Below, piece by piece: positions 1 to 8,178 of a DNA stretch of 64,000 bases. The DNA is from Candidatus Binatia bacterium. Lineage in GTDB: Bacteria; Desulfobacterota; Binatia; UBA9968; JAJDTQ01. Location of the stretch: positions 4,320,001-4,384,000 of the forward strand of contig OY762897.2 in NCBI GenBank assembly GCA_963666515.2, written 5' to 3'. The number at the start of each line of letters is the position of its first letter. The first letter of the stretch is position 1. Position numbers and translations under genes: made by a program. A model generated the notes under the pieces. The model was not told the DNA's origin. It searched no databases and saw only the letters and a list, made by a program, of their open reading frames with translations.

Positions 1-197
1 AAGTTCTGGAGTTGGCGATGCGAGACTCCCAGCGATGCAAGGTCTCGCGGCCGGAAGAATGTGCCGAGACCCGCTTCCCGTAGCTGGTTGGTATCGAGTT
101 GATCGGCCATCTGCGTAGGATAACAGATGTCGGCATAGCCTGCTAACTGCCGACAGTTGCTATTAGCGGTATCGCCGCAAAATCCGCTTCACAGGAG

Positions 198-698
198 TTG
201 AGGGCAAGGGGGCTGATTTCGGGGCACAGGGGGTGCAAGGCGAACAACGCCATTGCGCCGGAGGTTCGAGCGGAGATGCTGGCGCTGGTGCGGGAGCGTT
301 ACGAGGATTTCTCACCGACCCTGGCAACGGAGAAGCTCCGGGAAGTGTACGGCCATCGGGTGTAGGCGGAGACCCTGTGCATGTGGATGGTCGAAGAGGG
401 GCTGTGGTGGACACAGAGGGGCCGGGGGATGCGGGTGCATCAGAGCCGCCCCCGGCGCCAAGCACTGGACGAGTTGGTGCAGATCGACGGCTCTCCGCAC
501 CGGTGGTTCGAGGACCGGGGGCCTTCCTGCACCCTGATCGTGTTCATCGACGACGCCACCAGTCAGCTCATGGCCCTGCGCTTCGTCGACAGTGCCCGGA
601 CGCTTCAGCACAAGCACCCCAAACACAAACCCTCCCCAGACGACTCCTGGAACCGCTGGAAACGCCTTCTCCCCCACAAACGTCCCGGCTCCCCCTGA
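198..698 (+). pseudogene. ISNCY-family (IS1202-like) transposase remnant
   Basis: One frame reads LVRERYEDFSPTLATEKL...*...LVQIDGSPHRWFEDRGPSCTLIVFIDDATS; in-frame TAG at 363-365 and most of the DDE core is missing. Confidence 0.8.
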
Positions 699-962
699 CC
701 CATGCCTCGGCTGGTTGGGTACTTCCTCAGTTTGAATCTGCCCTGAACAGGCCGACTGGTATACTGCTCTTTCGAGGACTGGGGAAAAACGGAGAAACTG
801 CCTGGATGGAAAACTGATGGAGAACCGCAGATCCGCTACGCTCCACCGCTAGGTGCTGGGCCGGAGAGTTCAGGTTCAGGAGGGCAAAAAAGGGCGTAGG
901 GGGTTGACCTCCGGTTTAGATTTAGCTAAACATATGTATCTTGGGTACGAGGCGAATATGTT

Positions 963-1352
963 TTGAGTGCGGGTGATCTGGTTGCAGCAGAAGGTGAGTG
1001 GGGTAGGGTCGTTTGGGCGACGGACGATTCCGGTAAAAGCCCTGCCCGGGAATTCTTTTTGCGGCAAAAAGATCAGGACCGCCACAGGGTTCTGGCTCTC
1101 TTCCGTCGGTTGGTGAAATTCGGGAATATCAAGAATCGTGACCGATTCAAGAAGCTCGACGATGTAGATGGGTGGGCTCTGTTTGAGTTCAAGTCCTACC
1201 AGCTCAGATTCATCGGGGCTTTTCGTCCAGGCGGGAACTTCATCATTGCCCATGCCCTTCGCAAGAAACAACCCAACCATAGGCGAAGGGACCTGGAGAC
1301 CGCGGCGAGAATACTAGAAGACTACACAGCAAGGAGGGATGCCCATGCGTGA
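963..1352 (+). CDS. RelE/ParE-superfamily (Gp49-like) toxin
   Basis: SPAREFF...LFEFKSYQLRFIG...AHALRKKQ pattern; overlaps the start of the downstream HTH gene. Confidence 0.7.
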   Translation: MSAGDLVAAEGEWGRVVWATDDSGKSPAREFFLRQKDQDRHRVLALFRRLVKFGNIKNRDRFKKLDDVDGWALFEFKSYQLRFIGAFRPGGNFIIAHALRKKQPNHRRRDLETAARILEDYTARRDAHA

Positions 1353-1677
1353 GCGCGATAACGAGTCTGAACGCTTGATTCAGCAGGAAGAGTTGATCCT
1401 GGATGTCACGGAGACGATGGTTGAGGTCTTGGAGGAAGTCGGCGTGACCAGAAAAGTACTGGCGGAACGCCTGGGCTGCACTCTCGGCTACGTATCCCAA
1501 CTGCTGAGTGGAAAGAATCTCACCCTTCGGACGATTTCTGACGTTGCTTTCGTTCTCAATTTGAGGCCGTCTTTCGTCTTGACGCGGGAGGGTGCGGGGG
1601 AGGGTGCGGAAAACGTGCCGGTCGAGGCGCATACGGTGTGCTTGCCTGATTCGCGGCCACCCACTCCCTGTGAGTGA
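1345..1677 (+). CDS. XRE-family HTH antitoxin
   Basis: VTRKVLAERLGCTLGYVSQLLSGKNLTLRTI HTH; AAGGAGG RBS at 1331-1337; coupled to the toxin. Confidence 0.8.
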   Translation: MRERDNESERLIQQEELILDVTETMVEVLEEVGVTRKVLAERLGCTLGYVSQLLSGKNLTLRTISDVAFVLNLRPSFVLTREGAGEGAENVPVEAHTVCLPDSRPPTPCE

Positions 1678-1725
1678 AGGCCGGCCAGTCAACTACTGGC
1701 CGGAAGTCCAGTCCGCATGTCCTCC

Positions 1726-1754
1726 TGAACCGCCCCGGGTTTACCGGAGACTCC
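1726..1754 (+). mobile_element. Isolated IS3-family (IS51/IS6110-like) terminal repeat
   Basis: TGAACCGCCCCGGGTTTACCGGAGACTCC resembles IS6110/IS629-type ends; no transposase follows. Confidence 0.6.
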
Positions 1755-1860
1755 AATCTTGAGAGGATGGGCTGGGTCGGGATTCTTACGACAATGCCCC
1801 GGGCCGGCAGCCAACAGGCATTTCAATCTCAGTTCAAGTGCAACACCAAGGTTGAAGTGG

Positions 1861-2193
1861 CTAACTGTCTTGAGCGACTCCCCATATAGACTGAAGAAGG
1901 CTTCTCAACTGGTTCCTGGCGAACGCGGGGGTGGCAGCGTGGTCCAGCCACCGAACCGCAACTTCCTCGGCTTGGGCAAACTGCTTGGCCTTGTAGTGCA
2001 GCGAGACCGCGCTCACCACAGAGATGCCGAGCGTCCGCGTTTTGGACGCGTCCAGGTCGGCAAGGGCACTTACCTCGGCATCGGCGGCACGGGCATACAA
2101 GTCGAAAGCTTCTTGCTTCCGACCTTCGCGCAGGGCCGCTTGTGCGTCAGAAGCCAGACGCTCACTGACCTCGTGGTGTTCGATCCAGGACAT
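1861..2193 (-). CDS. Hypothetical helical (TPR-like) protein, possibly 3'-truncated
   Basis: MSWIEHHEVSERLAS... 110 aa; ATG lies directly against the hsdM remnant. Confidence 0.5.
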   Translation of the reverse strand: MSWIEHHEVSERLASDAQAALREGRKQEAFDLYARAADAEVSALADLDASKTRTLGISVVSAVSLHYKAKQFAQAEEVAVRWLDHAATPAFARNQLRSLLQSIWGVAQDS

Positions 2194-2194
2194 T

Positions 2195-2446
2195 GAGCTT
2201 GCTGATGGTGTTGTAGAAGGCGAAGCCCGAGGCCGTGCGAAGCGCTCCGTCCGGGTCATGCAGTCCGCGCTGGTTCAACTCCGCCTAGCGCTTGAGCGCC
2301 TCCCCCTTGGGGTCCGCCAGCACGCAGTCGAGCCGGCGCAGCACTGTCAGCGGCAGGATGACGTCCTGATACTTCCTGCGCTTGAAGCTGTCGCGGATCA
2401 GGTCCGCGACGCTCCAGAGGAAGCTGACGATCTCGCTGTGGTTCAT
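2195..2446 (-). pseudogene. hsdM: 5' remnant of a second hsdM allele
   Basis: MNHSEIVSFLWSVADLIRDSFKR... matches the 5' end of hsdM at 11122; has a frameshift, a TAG stop and a 126-bp deletion. Confidence 0.9.
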
Positions 2447-2585
2447 GGGGCTACTCTTTCACCTGTCTTTCTCTGCGGCGGCTGCCTGTGACTGCTCGCC
2501 AAGCACACTGAGCCCCCAGACGAAGTCATGGTACCGTAGCCAGTGCGACAAGCGCAAACGGGGGCGTCAGAAAATTGGCACCTAA

Positions 2586-4456
2586 CTAGAATCCTTGATC
2601 GACAGGATCTTGACTCAGGAAGACAAGATATTTGAACTGGACTTCGTTCGTACATGAATACTATCGTAGGCCATCGCGAGTTGTAACGCTCGGTAGTTTA
2701 AGCGACGAGCTTCGCCTCATCGCAAATGGCATCGAGGTTCCTGGTGATGGCGGCAAAGCGCCGATGGGTCTTGGTATTGCCGCTCACGGCGTCGGGCGCA
2801 AGATGGGCCAGGCCGGGGCGAAGGATGCGGTTGTAGACACGCGTGTAGAACATCGCCACCTTGAGGCCGTGTTCGGTCAAGTGGTAGCGGTAGGCGCCGG
2901 GGATGCGCTCGATCAGGCCGTGCAGGCGCAGGCGTCTCAGGTCGTAACTCATTCGGCCCGGGCGCATTGGACTGGGATCGAGGCCCAGGAGTGCACCGAG
3001 GTGCCCGCGCAGGTCGCGGTTGGAGAAGCCGCGGGCCGAAAGAGTGAACAAGAGCAGGGCCTGCATCAGAGCCTGCACGCGCTCATCGGCGAAGCGCAGG
3101 GCCGAGGCGCGTTGTCCGTGGAACTCCAGGCCGCGTTGATGGCGTTGGAGTTCGTCTTCACCCAGGGCACAGTCGTGGCTGATGGTTTCTATCTGCAACA
3201 GACGACGGTTGGCTGTGAAGCCGACCTGGCACAACGCCGCCAGGTTAGACAGCCGCCGGCCCAGGGCGAAGTCATAGGTGTCGTTGACGGTGGTCTCGGT
3301 GCGCAGCGCCTGCCCTTCCTTGTGGTACTGCTTGATGCGCGAGTGCTTGTAGTCCACGTGCAAGGAAGGGGTGACGCCTGCGGTGATGACCCGGGTACGG
3401 AACCGACCGGGGGTGCGCCGGGTGACCCGGCGCTGGAAGATCAACTGCACCTGGCTGGGGCGACCGAGATCGAGGTTCTCGCGGATCACGTCCTCGAAAA
3501 AGACGCGGCCCGAGGCCGGGCGGTCGAGCACCTGGGTCAGGCTGAACTCCGCTTGCAGGATGGAGATGTCGTAGCGCAGACCGGCGCGACGGTCCTGAGG
3601 CGTATACGGATGCGGCAGGCGATCGAACCACTTGCGCGCCAGTCTGTCGATGAAAGCGGCATCGAAGCCTTCGCAGATCTGTTGCAGCGCCTCGGGGTCT
3701 CCGCAGCAGCGCACGCCGTTGTCCAAAGCCTCGAACGGGATGCCGCGCTCGCGCAACTGGCACTTGGCGTACTCGTTGCCGTTGAGGCACAGCTTGCCGT
3801 TGTACGGGAAGTAGGTGCAGAACTTGATGAAGAACGGCCCCGCCTGTTTGTCCACGCAATAGAAATACACATGGTTGACCATCGCGGTAGACGAGACCAC
3901 CCACGGATAGGTGACCCCGGTGTCCGGGTTCCGGCGCCGCTCGGTGCGCATCACACGGGCCTTCTCCTGCGCTATCCCGATGTACAAAACCCCTTCGGTT
4001 CCCTTGAACCGCCCCAGGTACTCCTGCGTCACCTCGTCCTTGCGCTGGCCCTTCTTGAAGTGCACCACCTCGATCTGCTCCCGCTCCGCAAAGTCCTTCA
4101 CCGCCTGCACGAACTCCCGACTCTTGGGCGCCAGCGCCACCGTCGACGCAAACCGCTGGCCATGGTGCTTGTGCAGATACCCCACTACCCCGCCCACGCT
4201 CTGCAACTGCGGCACATACAGGTTCAAGTACAGGCGATCCACCGACTCGTATTCCAGCGTCACGTGATCGCGCAATACTTCCGCTACGGTTTGTGGTAGG
4301 CTCATGTCCGGCTCCGGTTGCTTCGGGCTTTTATGCCCATTTGACCCTTTGAGGTCCGACCTTGCAAGGTCCCATGACCAGGGATTCAATCCCTGCTACA
4401 AGCGACCGGAGCCAATCCCCTTACCCCCTCGTCGGTCTGAGGCGAAGCCTCGCTAG
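2586..4456 (-). mobile_element. Putative CTAG-bounded IS-like element with a Rep_trans-like protein
   Basis: CTAG at 2586-2589 and 4453-4456, hairpins just inside both ends, one long ORF, no TIRs. Confidence 0.55.
2698..4305 (-). CDS. Putative transposase/replication-initiator-like protein with C-terminal winged helix (535 aa)
   Basis: IKQYHKEGQALRTETT (YxK...RxE) motif; C-terminal MSYDLRRLRLHGLIERIPGAYRYHLT wHTH; start MSLPQTV. Confidence 0.7.
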   Translation of the reverse strand: MSLPQTVAEVLRDHVTLEYESVDRLYLNLYVPQLQSVGGVVGYLHKHHGQRFASTVALAPKSREFVQAVKDFAEREQIEVVHFKKGQRKDEVTQEYLGRFKGTEGVLYIGIAQEKARVMRTERRRNPDTGVTYPWVVSSTAMVNHVYFYCVDKQAGPFFIKFCTYFPYNGKLCLNGNEYAKCQLRERGIPFEALDNGVRCCGDPEALQQICEGFDAAFIDRLARKWFDRLPHPYTPQDRRAGLRYDISILQAEFSLTQVLDRPASGRVFFEDVIRENLDLGRPSQVQLIFQRRVTRRTPGRFRTRVITAGVTPSLHVDYKHSRIKQYHKEGQALRTETTVNDTYDFALGRRLSNLAALCQVGFTANRRLLQIETISHDCALGEDELQRHQRGLEFHGQRASALRFADERVQALMQALLLFTLSARGFSNRDLRGHLGALLGLDPSPMRPGRMSYDLRRLRLHGLIERIPGAYRYHLTEHGLKVAMFYTRVYNRILRPGLAHLAPDAVSGNTKTHRRFAAITRNLDAICDEAKLVA

Positions 4457-4550
4457 TTGATTTGACATGTAATTTGGGAATTATAAAGAATACTTGACAG
4501 CCCCTCCGTAATCCTGTATGCTCATTACATCAACTCAAGGGAGCACGGCA

Positions 4551-5537
4551 ATGGGCAAACAGAAGGCACCGGGCAAGAGTTACCGCAAGGGGTTGTCGGT
4601 ATTCGAGCTGTTCGAGATGTTCCCGGACGAGGCGGCGGCGCGCCGCTGGTTCGAGGGCGTCCGGTGGGCTGCTGGCCGGTACTGCGGGCACTGCGGGTCC
4701 GACGACACGCATGAGGTTCCCAACGAGAAGCCCATGCCGTACCGCTGCCGGACCTGCCGCAAGTACTTCAGCGTGAAGGTCGGGACCCCGATGGAGTCCA
4801 GCAAGCTCCCGCTCCGCAAGTGGGTGGTCGCCATGTACCTGATGACCACGAACCTGAAGGGCGTCTCCAGCATGAAGATTCACCGGGACCTGAAGGTCAG
4901 CCAGCCCACGGCCTGGTTCATGATTCACCGTATCCGTGAGACGTGGAACGCCGAAGGCGGCAAGCCGTTCCGTGGCCCGGTCGAAGTGGACGAGACGTAC
5001 ATGGGCGGCAAGGAGAAGAACAAGCACTCCAGCAAGAAGTCCAAGGCCGGGCGCGGAGCCGTGGGCAAGACCGCGGTGGTTGGCATGAAGGACCGCGACA
5101 CCAACACCGTCAGCGCCGAGGTGATAGAGAGCGCCGATGGACTGACCCTGAAAGAGTTCGTGCTGGATCAGACCGGCCCGAGAACGCGCGTGTTCACGGA
5201 CGAGCACAAGGGCTACCAGGGGCTGCCGAACCACCAGACCGTCAAGCACTCGGTCGGCGAGTACGTGGACGGCATGGCGCACACCAACGGGATCGAGTCC
5301 TTCTGGTCGTTGCTCAAGCGTGGCTACAAGGGCACCTACCACAAGATGAGCGCCAAGCACCTTCAGCGGTATGTCAACGAGTTCTCCGGGCGGCACAACG
5401 TCCGGTCCAGGGACACCCTGGAACAGATGGCGGCTATCGCCCGCGGGTTCACCGGGAAGCGGCTCCGGCTCCAGGACCTCACCGGCGCGCCGGACAAGGA
5501 CGTGCCGGTAGCGGATGCTGGCAGCGATGTGTTCTAA
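4551..5537 (+). CDS. IS1595-family transposase
   Basis: Zn ribbon CGHC...CRTC; VEVDETY, VFTDEH, HTNGIESFW and YVNEF motifs. Confidence 0.95.
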   Translation: MGKQKAPGKSYRKGLSVFELFEMFPDEAAARRWFEGVRWAAGRYCGHCGSDDTHEVPNEKPMPYRCRTCRKYFSVKVGTPMESSKLPLRKWVVAMYLMTTNLKGVSSMKIHRDLKVSQPTAWFMIHRIRETWNAEGGKPFRGPVEVDETYMGGKEKNKHSSKKSKAGRGAVGKTAVVGMKDRDTNTVSAEVIESADGLTLKEFVLDQTGPRTRVFTDEHKGYQGLPNHQTVKHSVGEYVDGMAHTNGIESFWSLLKRGYKGTYHKMSAKHLQRYVNEFSGRHNVRSRDTLEQMAAIARGFTGKRLRLQDLTGAPDKDVPVADAGSDVF

Positions 5538-5740
5538 GCTCTCGTCATCTCCGCGCGCGCCTTCGCCTTTTCGTGCTCCCATGCTTCATGTAGAAGCTCC
5601 CACGCAACAACAACGCGCGCCAGTCCGGTTAACGGACTCGGCTGTTCGTTGGGAGCGGCCTGCCTCTGGATGGCCGTGCTGTAGCGGTCATCCGCCACAT
5701 CCATGCGGTAGTTGAACTCGGCTTCCGTGAACCACGCCAT
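5534..5740 (-). CDS. Small hypothetical protein (68 aa), passenger
   Basis: Strong GGAGGTG SD upstream of the ATG; convergent with the transposase, stops overlap. Confidence 0.6.
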   Translation of the reverse strand: MAWFTEAEFNYRMDVADDRYSTAIQRQAAPNEQPSPLTGLARVVVAWELLHEAWEHEKAKARAEMTRA

Positions 5741-5794
5741 AAGGCACCTCCGCGTCTAGTTGTGGAGGTGGTTGACAGGGTACACGGGATGCGT

Positions 5795-5910
5795 TACAAG
5801 GGAGGGGTCACGCCATGACACACCTCGCCTTGTAGGCACCTCCCTGCCAACTCCCTCGGTTGACAAGGACGACATAGAGCCCCTGGTTGCAGCCGGGGGT
5901 TTTGTCGTTC
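5795..5910 (+). ncRNA. Candidate cis-antisense small RNA / structured leader
   Basis: TTGACA at 5772-5777; hairpins at 5795-5834 and 5835-5848; terminator-like stem 5880-5899 followed by TTTT. Confidence 0.4.
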
Positions 5911-6222
5911 TGGCCAGTGTATCACGGCTCTCCAGTTCCGCAAGTTTCTCCTTGCCATCCGGCCCGTTCCGGTCTAGTCTCGCACCCGACCCATCATTCA
6001 GCGCAGGTCCCTGTGTCGGGTCCTTCGCGGAATACAAGAGCCCGTCCATGGTGCGGAGTAGCTTCCCGCACCTGGGTGAATACGCGGAACATTCACCAGC
6101 CTGTGCTGATGATGGGTCAACGGCCCGGCAATCCCGCCGGGTCGCGGCTCAGCAACGGCGCCTTGCCCACCGGGATGGATTCAACGGAACACCCACCGGG
6201 TTCCCCGCCAAGGAGGTGTTCC

Positions 6223-6807
6223 ATGCGCGCCCTTCTCGCCACCCTCACGGTGGTCTTGTTCTCGTATGCCTCGGCATTCGCCCATACGCCGCAAAAATGC
6301 GTGGCGCTGTTCCACGAAGCGGCGAAGATCAACCAGGACGCGGTTGACTGGGGCGAGCGCGTGCAGGGGACCAGCCTTGAAATGCTGGACAGCCGCGTCG
6401 GCTCTCACCGCGACCGCTACCGCCGCTACGACAGCAACCGCGTCGAAAAGCATGCCGATCTGCTCGCTCAGTTTTGGGGACGGCTCACGAAGCGTGACCT
6501 AGCCATCGCCGAAGCGGTGAAGTGCGTGGACGGGCAAGGCGCGACACCGGCCAAGGCCAAGGCGCCCGACTACCGTGCGGAGATCATCGAACACGCCATC
6601 GAGCCATGCCTTCTGGCAAAAGTTCGGCAGCAGGGACTGGACAAGACACTGGGGGAAGCGAAGGCGCTATCCCTCATGAAGCTGATGACGAAGAAATCCA
6701 CGGAGAGGTCCGTCCGGGCCTTGGAGCCCATTGTCCGTGGCAAGAACTGGAAGAGTCGAAAGGCTCTCTACGGCCAGAGCGCGGCAATCTGCGCCAAGTC
6801 GAAGTGA
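6223..6807 (+). CDS. Secreted hypothetical protein (194 aa), passenger
   Basis: AGGAGGTG RBS; signal peptide MRALLATLTVVLFSYASAFA; four Cys. Confidence 0.75.
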   Translation: MRALLATLTVVLFSYASAFAHTPQKCVALFHEAAKINQDAVDWGERVQGTSLEMLDSRVGSHRDRYRRYDSNRVEKHADLLAQFWGRLTKRDLAIAEAVKCVDGQGATPAKAKAPDYRAEIIEHAIEPCLLAKVRQQGLDKTLGEAKALSLMKLMTKKSTERSVRALEPIVRGKNWKSRKALYGQSAAICAKSK

Positions 6808-6814
6808 GGTTCCC

Positions 6815-7219
6815 ATGCTCATTCTCGTCTTGCTGTTGTCGTCAGGCTTGGCTCACGGCGCGGGGATCGAGGTTCCGGCCCGCGTCGTGAGCGTCTACGA
6901 CGGCGACACGGTGAAGGTGGAAGCCGCCATGTGGCCCGGCATGACCTGGAACGGCAGCGTTCGCGTCCGCGGCGTCGATACCCCGGAACTCCGTGGCAAG
7001 TGCGAAGCCGAGAAGGTCAAGGCCAAGGTGGCCCGCGACTTCGTGCGCGTCCGGATCGGCAAGCGGGTGGTACTGACCGACGTTCAGAAGGGCAAGTACG
7101 CCGGACGCGTGGTCGCGGGAATCAGGCTGGCGGACGGGTCCGACCTGACAGCCTTACTGATCCGGCAAGGCCACGGACGACCTTATGGCGGCGGACGGCG
7201 GCGCGGGTGGTGCCCATGA
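6815..7219 (+). CDS. Thermonuclease (SNase) family protein, secreted
   Basis: VYDGDT, VRVRGVDTPE and GKYAGRVVA motifs; hydrophobic N-terminus. Confidence 0.9.
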   Translation: MLILVLLLSSGLAHGAGIEVPARVVSVYDGDTVKVEAAMWPGMTWNGSVRVRGVDTPELRGKCEAEKVKAKVARDFVRVRIGKRVVLTDVQKGKYAGRVVAGIRLADGSDLTALLIRQGHGRPYGGGRRRGWCP

Positions 7220-7232
7220 CCCAAGGGCGGTT

Positions 7233-7487
7233 TTAGCTGCGAAGGCTTTCCAGGGCTTCCTGCCCCGTCCACGTCAGGCTGCCCACTTCGTAGCGCGGGA
7301 ACCGTTCCTCGGCACCGGATACGACCTCCACATCATCGAGGTATCCGGCCTGATCGCACAGCTTGATGTGGTAGCTGATCTCTTCGGGGGTGAACTTCTT
7401 GCAGACAGGGAGCGGCGCGGGCGAGAGCGTGGTTTTCTGTTCGACGTGCTCCAGAATCCAGCGGATCAAGGACATGTTGCGTTCCAT
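7233..7487 (-). CDS. DUF2513-like winged-helix protein
   Basis: MERNMSLIRWIL...ISYHIKLCDQAGYL...LTWTGQEALE. Confidence 0.8.
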   Translation of the reverse strand: MERNMSLIRWILEHVEQKTTLSPAPLPVCKKFTPEEISYHIKLCDQAGYLDDVEVVSGAEERFPRYEVGSLTWTGQEALESLRS

Positions 7488-7563
7488 CGGGCTCCCCTTT
7501 TCCTCCCATCCTATCACCCGGAACCCGTTGCTTCCAGTCTCCGCTTTCTGGTAGTGTCGCCCG

Positions 7564-7713
7564 ATGCCTACAAAGCCCGCCAAGAAGCCGAAGCCCGAAC
7601 ACCGCCCGATGCCGGAGGATGCCCGCGACTTGGCGCGGGCGATGTTCCGGGCGGCGGATCGGAAGTTGAAGAAGGAAGGGGCAGCACAGAAGCCCGCTGC
7701 CCAGGGGCGCTAG
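7564..7713 (+). CDS. Small basic ORF (49 aa) next to the right TIR
   Basis: MPTKPAKKPKPEHRPMPEDARDLARAMFRAADRKLKK...; translated by hand, below the ORF-track cutoff. Confidence 0.4.
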   Translation: MPTKPAKKPKPEHRPMPEDARDLARAMFRAADRKLKKEGAAQKPAAQGR

Positions 7714-7860
7714 GTTCGCCCCTCCAGCCTACCGGCGCGAATCGGCGCCGTCAACTATTCTTTATAATTCCCTGTAATTTTGAGGGGACAGGTTGTCGCC
7801 AGATGCTTGTTTCGGCTGACGGACTGCTGTAAGGTATCAAACGGTCAGGAATGGACAGCC

Positions 7861-8163
7861 GTGAGAATCGTCAGCCGGAAAGCGTTGAAGGAATTTTGGG
7901 AGCGGCCCAGCCGTAGCGATGCTGAGGGTCCCCTCCGTTCATGGTACAAGGAAGTGGAGAAGTCCGACTGGGCGACGCCGGCAGACATCAAGGCACAGTT
8001 TCGCTCTGCGAGCTTCCTCGCAAACAACCGGGTGGTGTTCAACATTGCCGGCAACAAGTACCGGCTGATCGTATGGGTAAACTATCCCGCCCGTTTGATG
8101 CTTGTTCGTTTTATTGGCAACCACAGGGAGTATGACGGGATCTCGGACCCATCGAAGATATGA
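7861..8163 (+). CDS. higB: HigB-family toxin
   Basis: GTG start; RIVSRKALKEFW...NRVVFNIAGNKYRLI...FIGNHREYD. Confidence 0.92.
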   Translation: MRIVSRKALKEFWERPSRSDAEGPLRSWYKEVEKSDWATPADIKAQFRSASFLANNRVVFNIAGNKYRLIVWVNYPARLMLVRFIGNHREYDGISDPSKI

Positions 8164-8178
8164 AGTACGAGGCAGACT

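Larger units (their letters stand above)
4476..7772 (+). mobile_element. IS1595-family element with passenger genes (3297 bp)
   Basis: TIRs GGGAATTATAAAGAATACTTGAC at 4476-4498 and 7750-7772 (1 mismatch); 8-bp TSD TGTAATTT at 4468-4475 and 7773-7780. Confidence 0.93.

Noticed and set aside
2632-4299. 555-aa plus-strand ORF (likewise 9722-11413, 13448-15067, 22077-24770, 37805-40159, 61935-63677)
   Set aside because: Shadow frames opposite well-supported genes; no recognisable motifs
6133-6200. Three CCC(G/A)CCGGG nonamers upstream of the secreted-protein gene
   Set aside because: Short, GC-rich and irregularly spaced; compatible with chance
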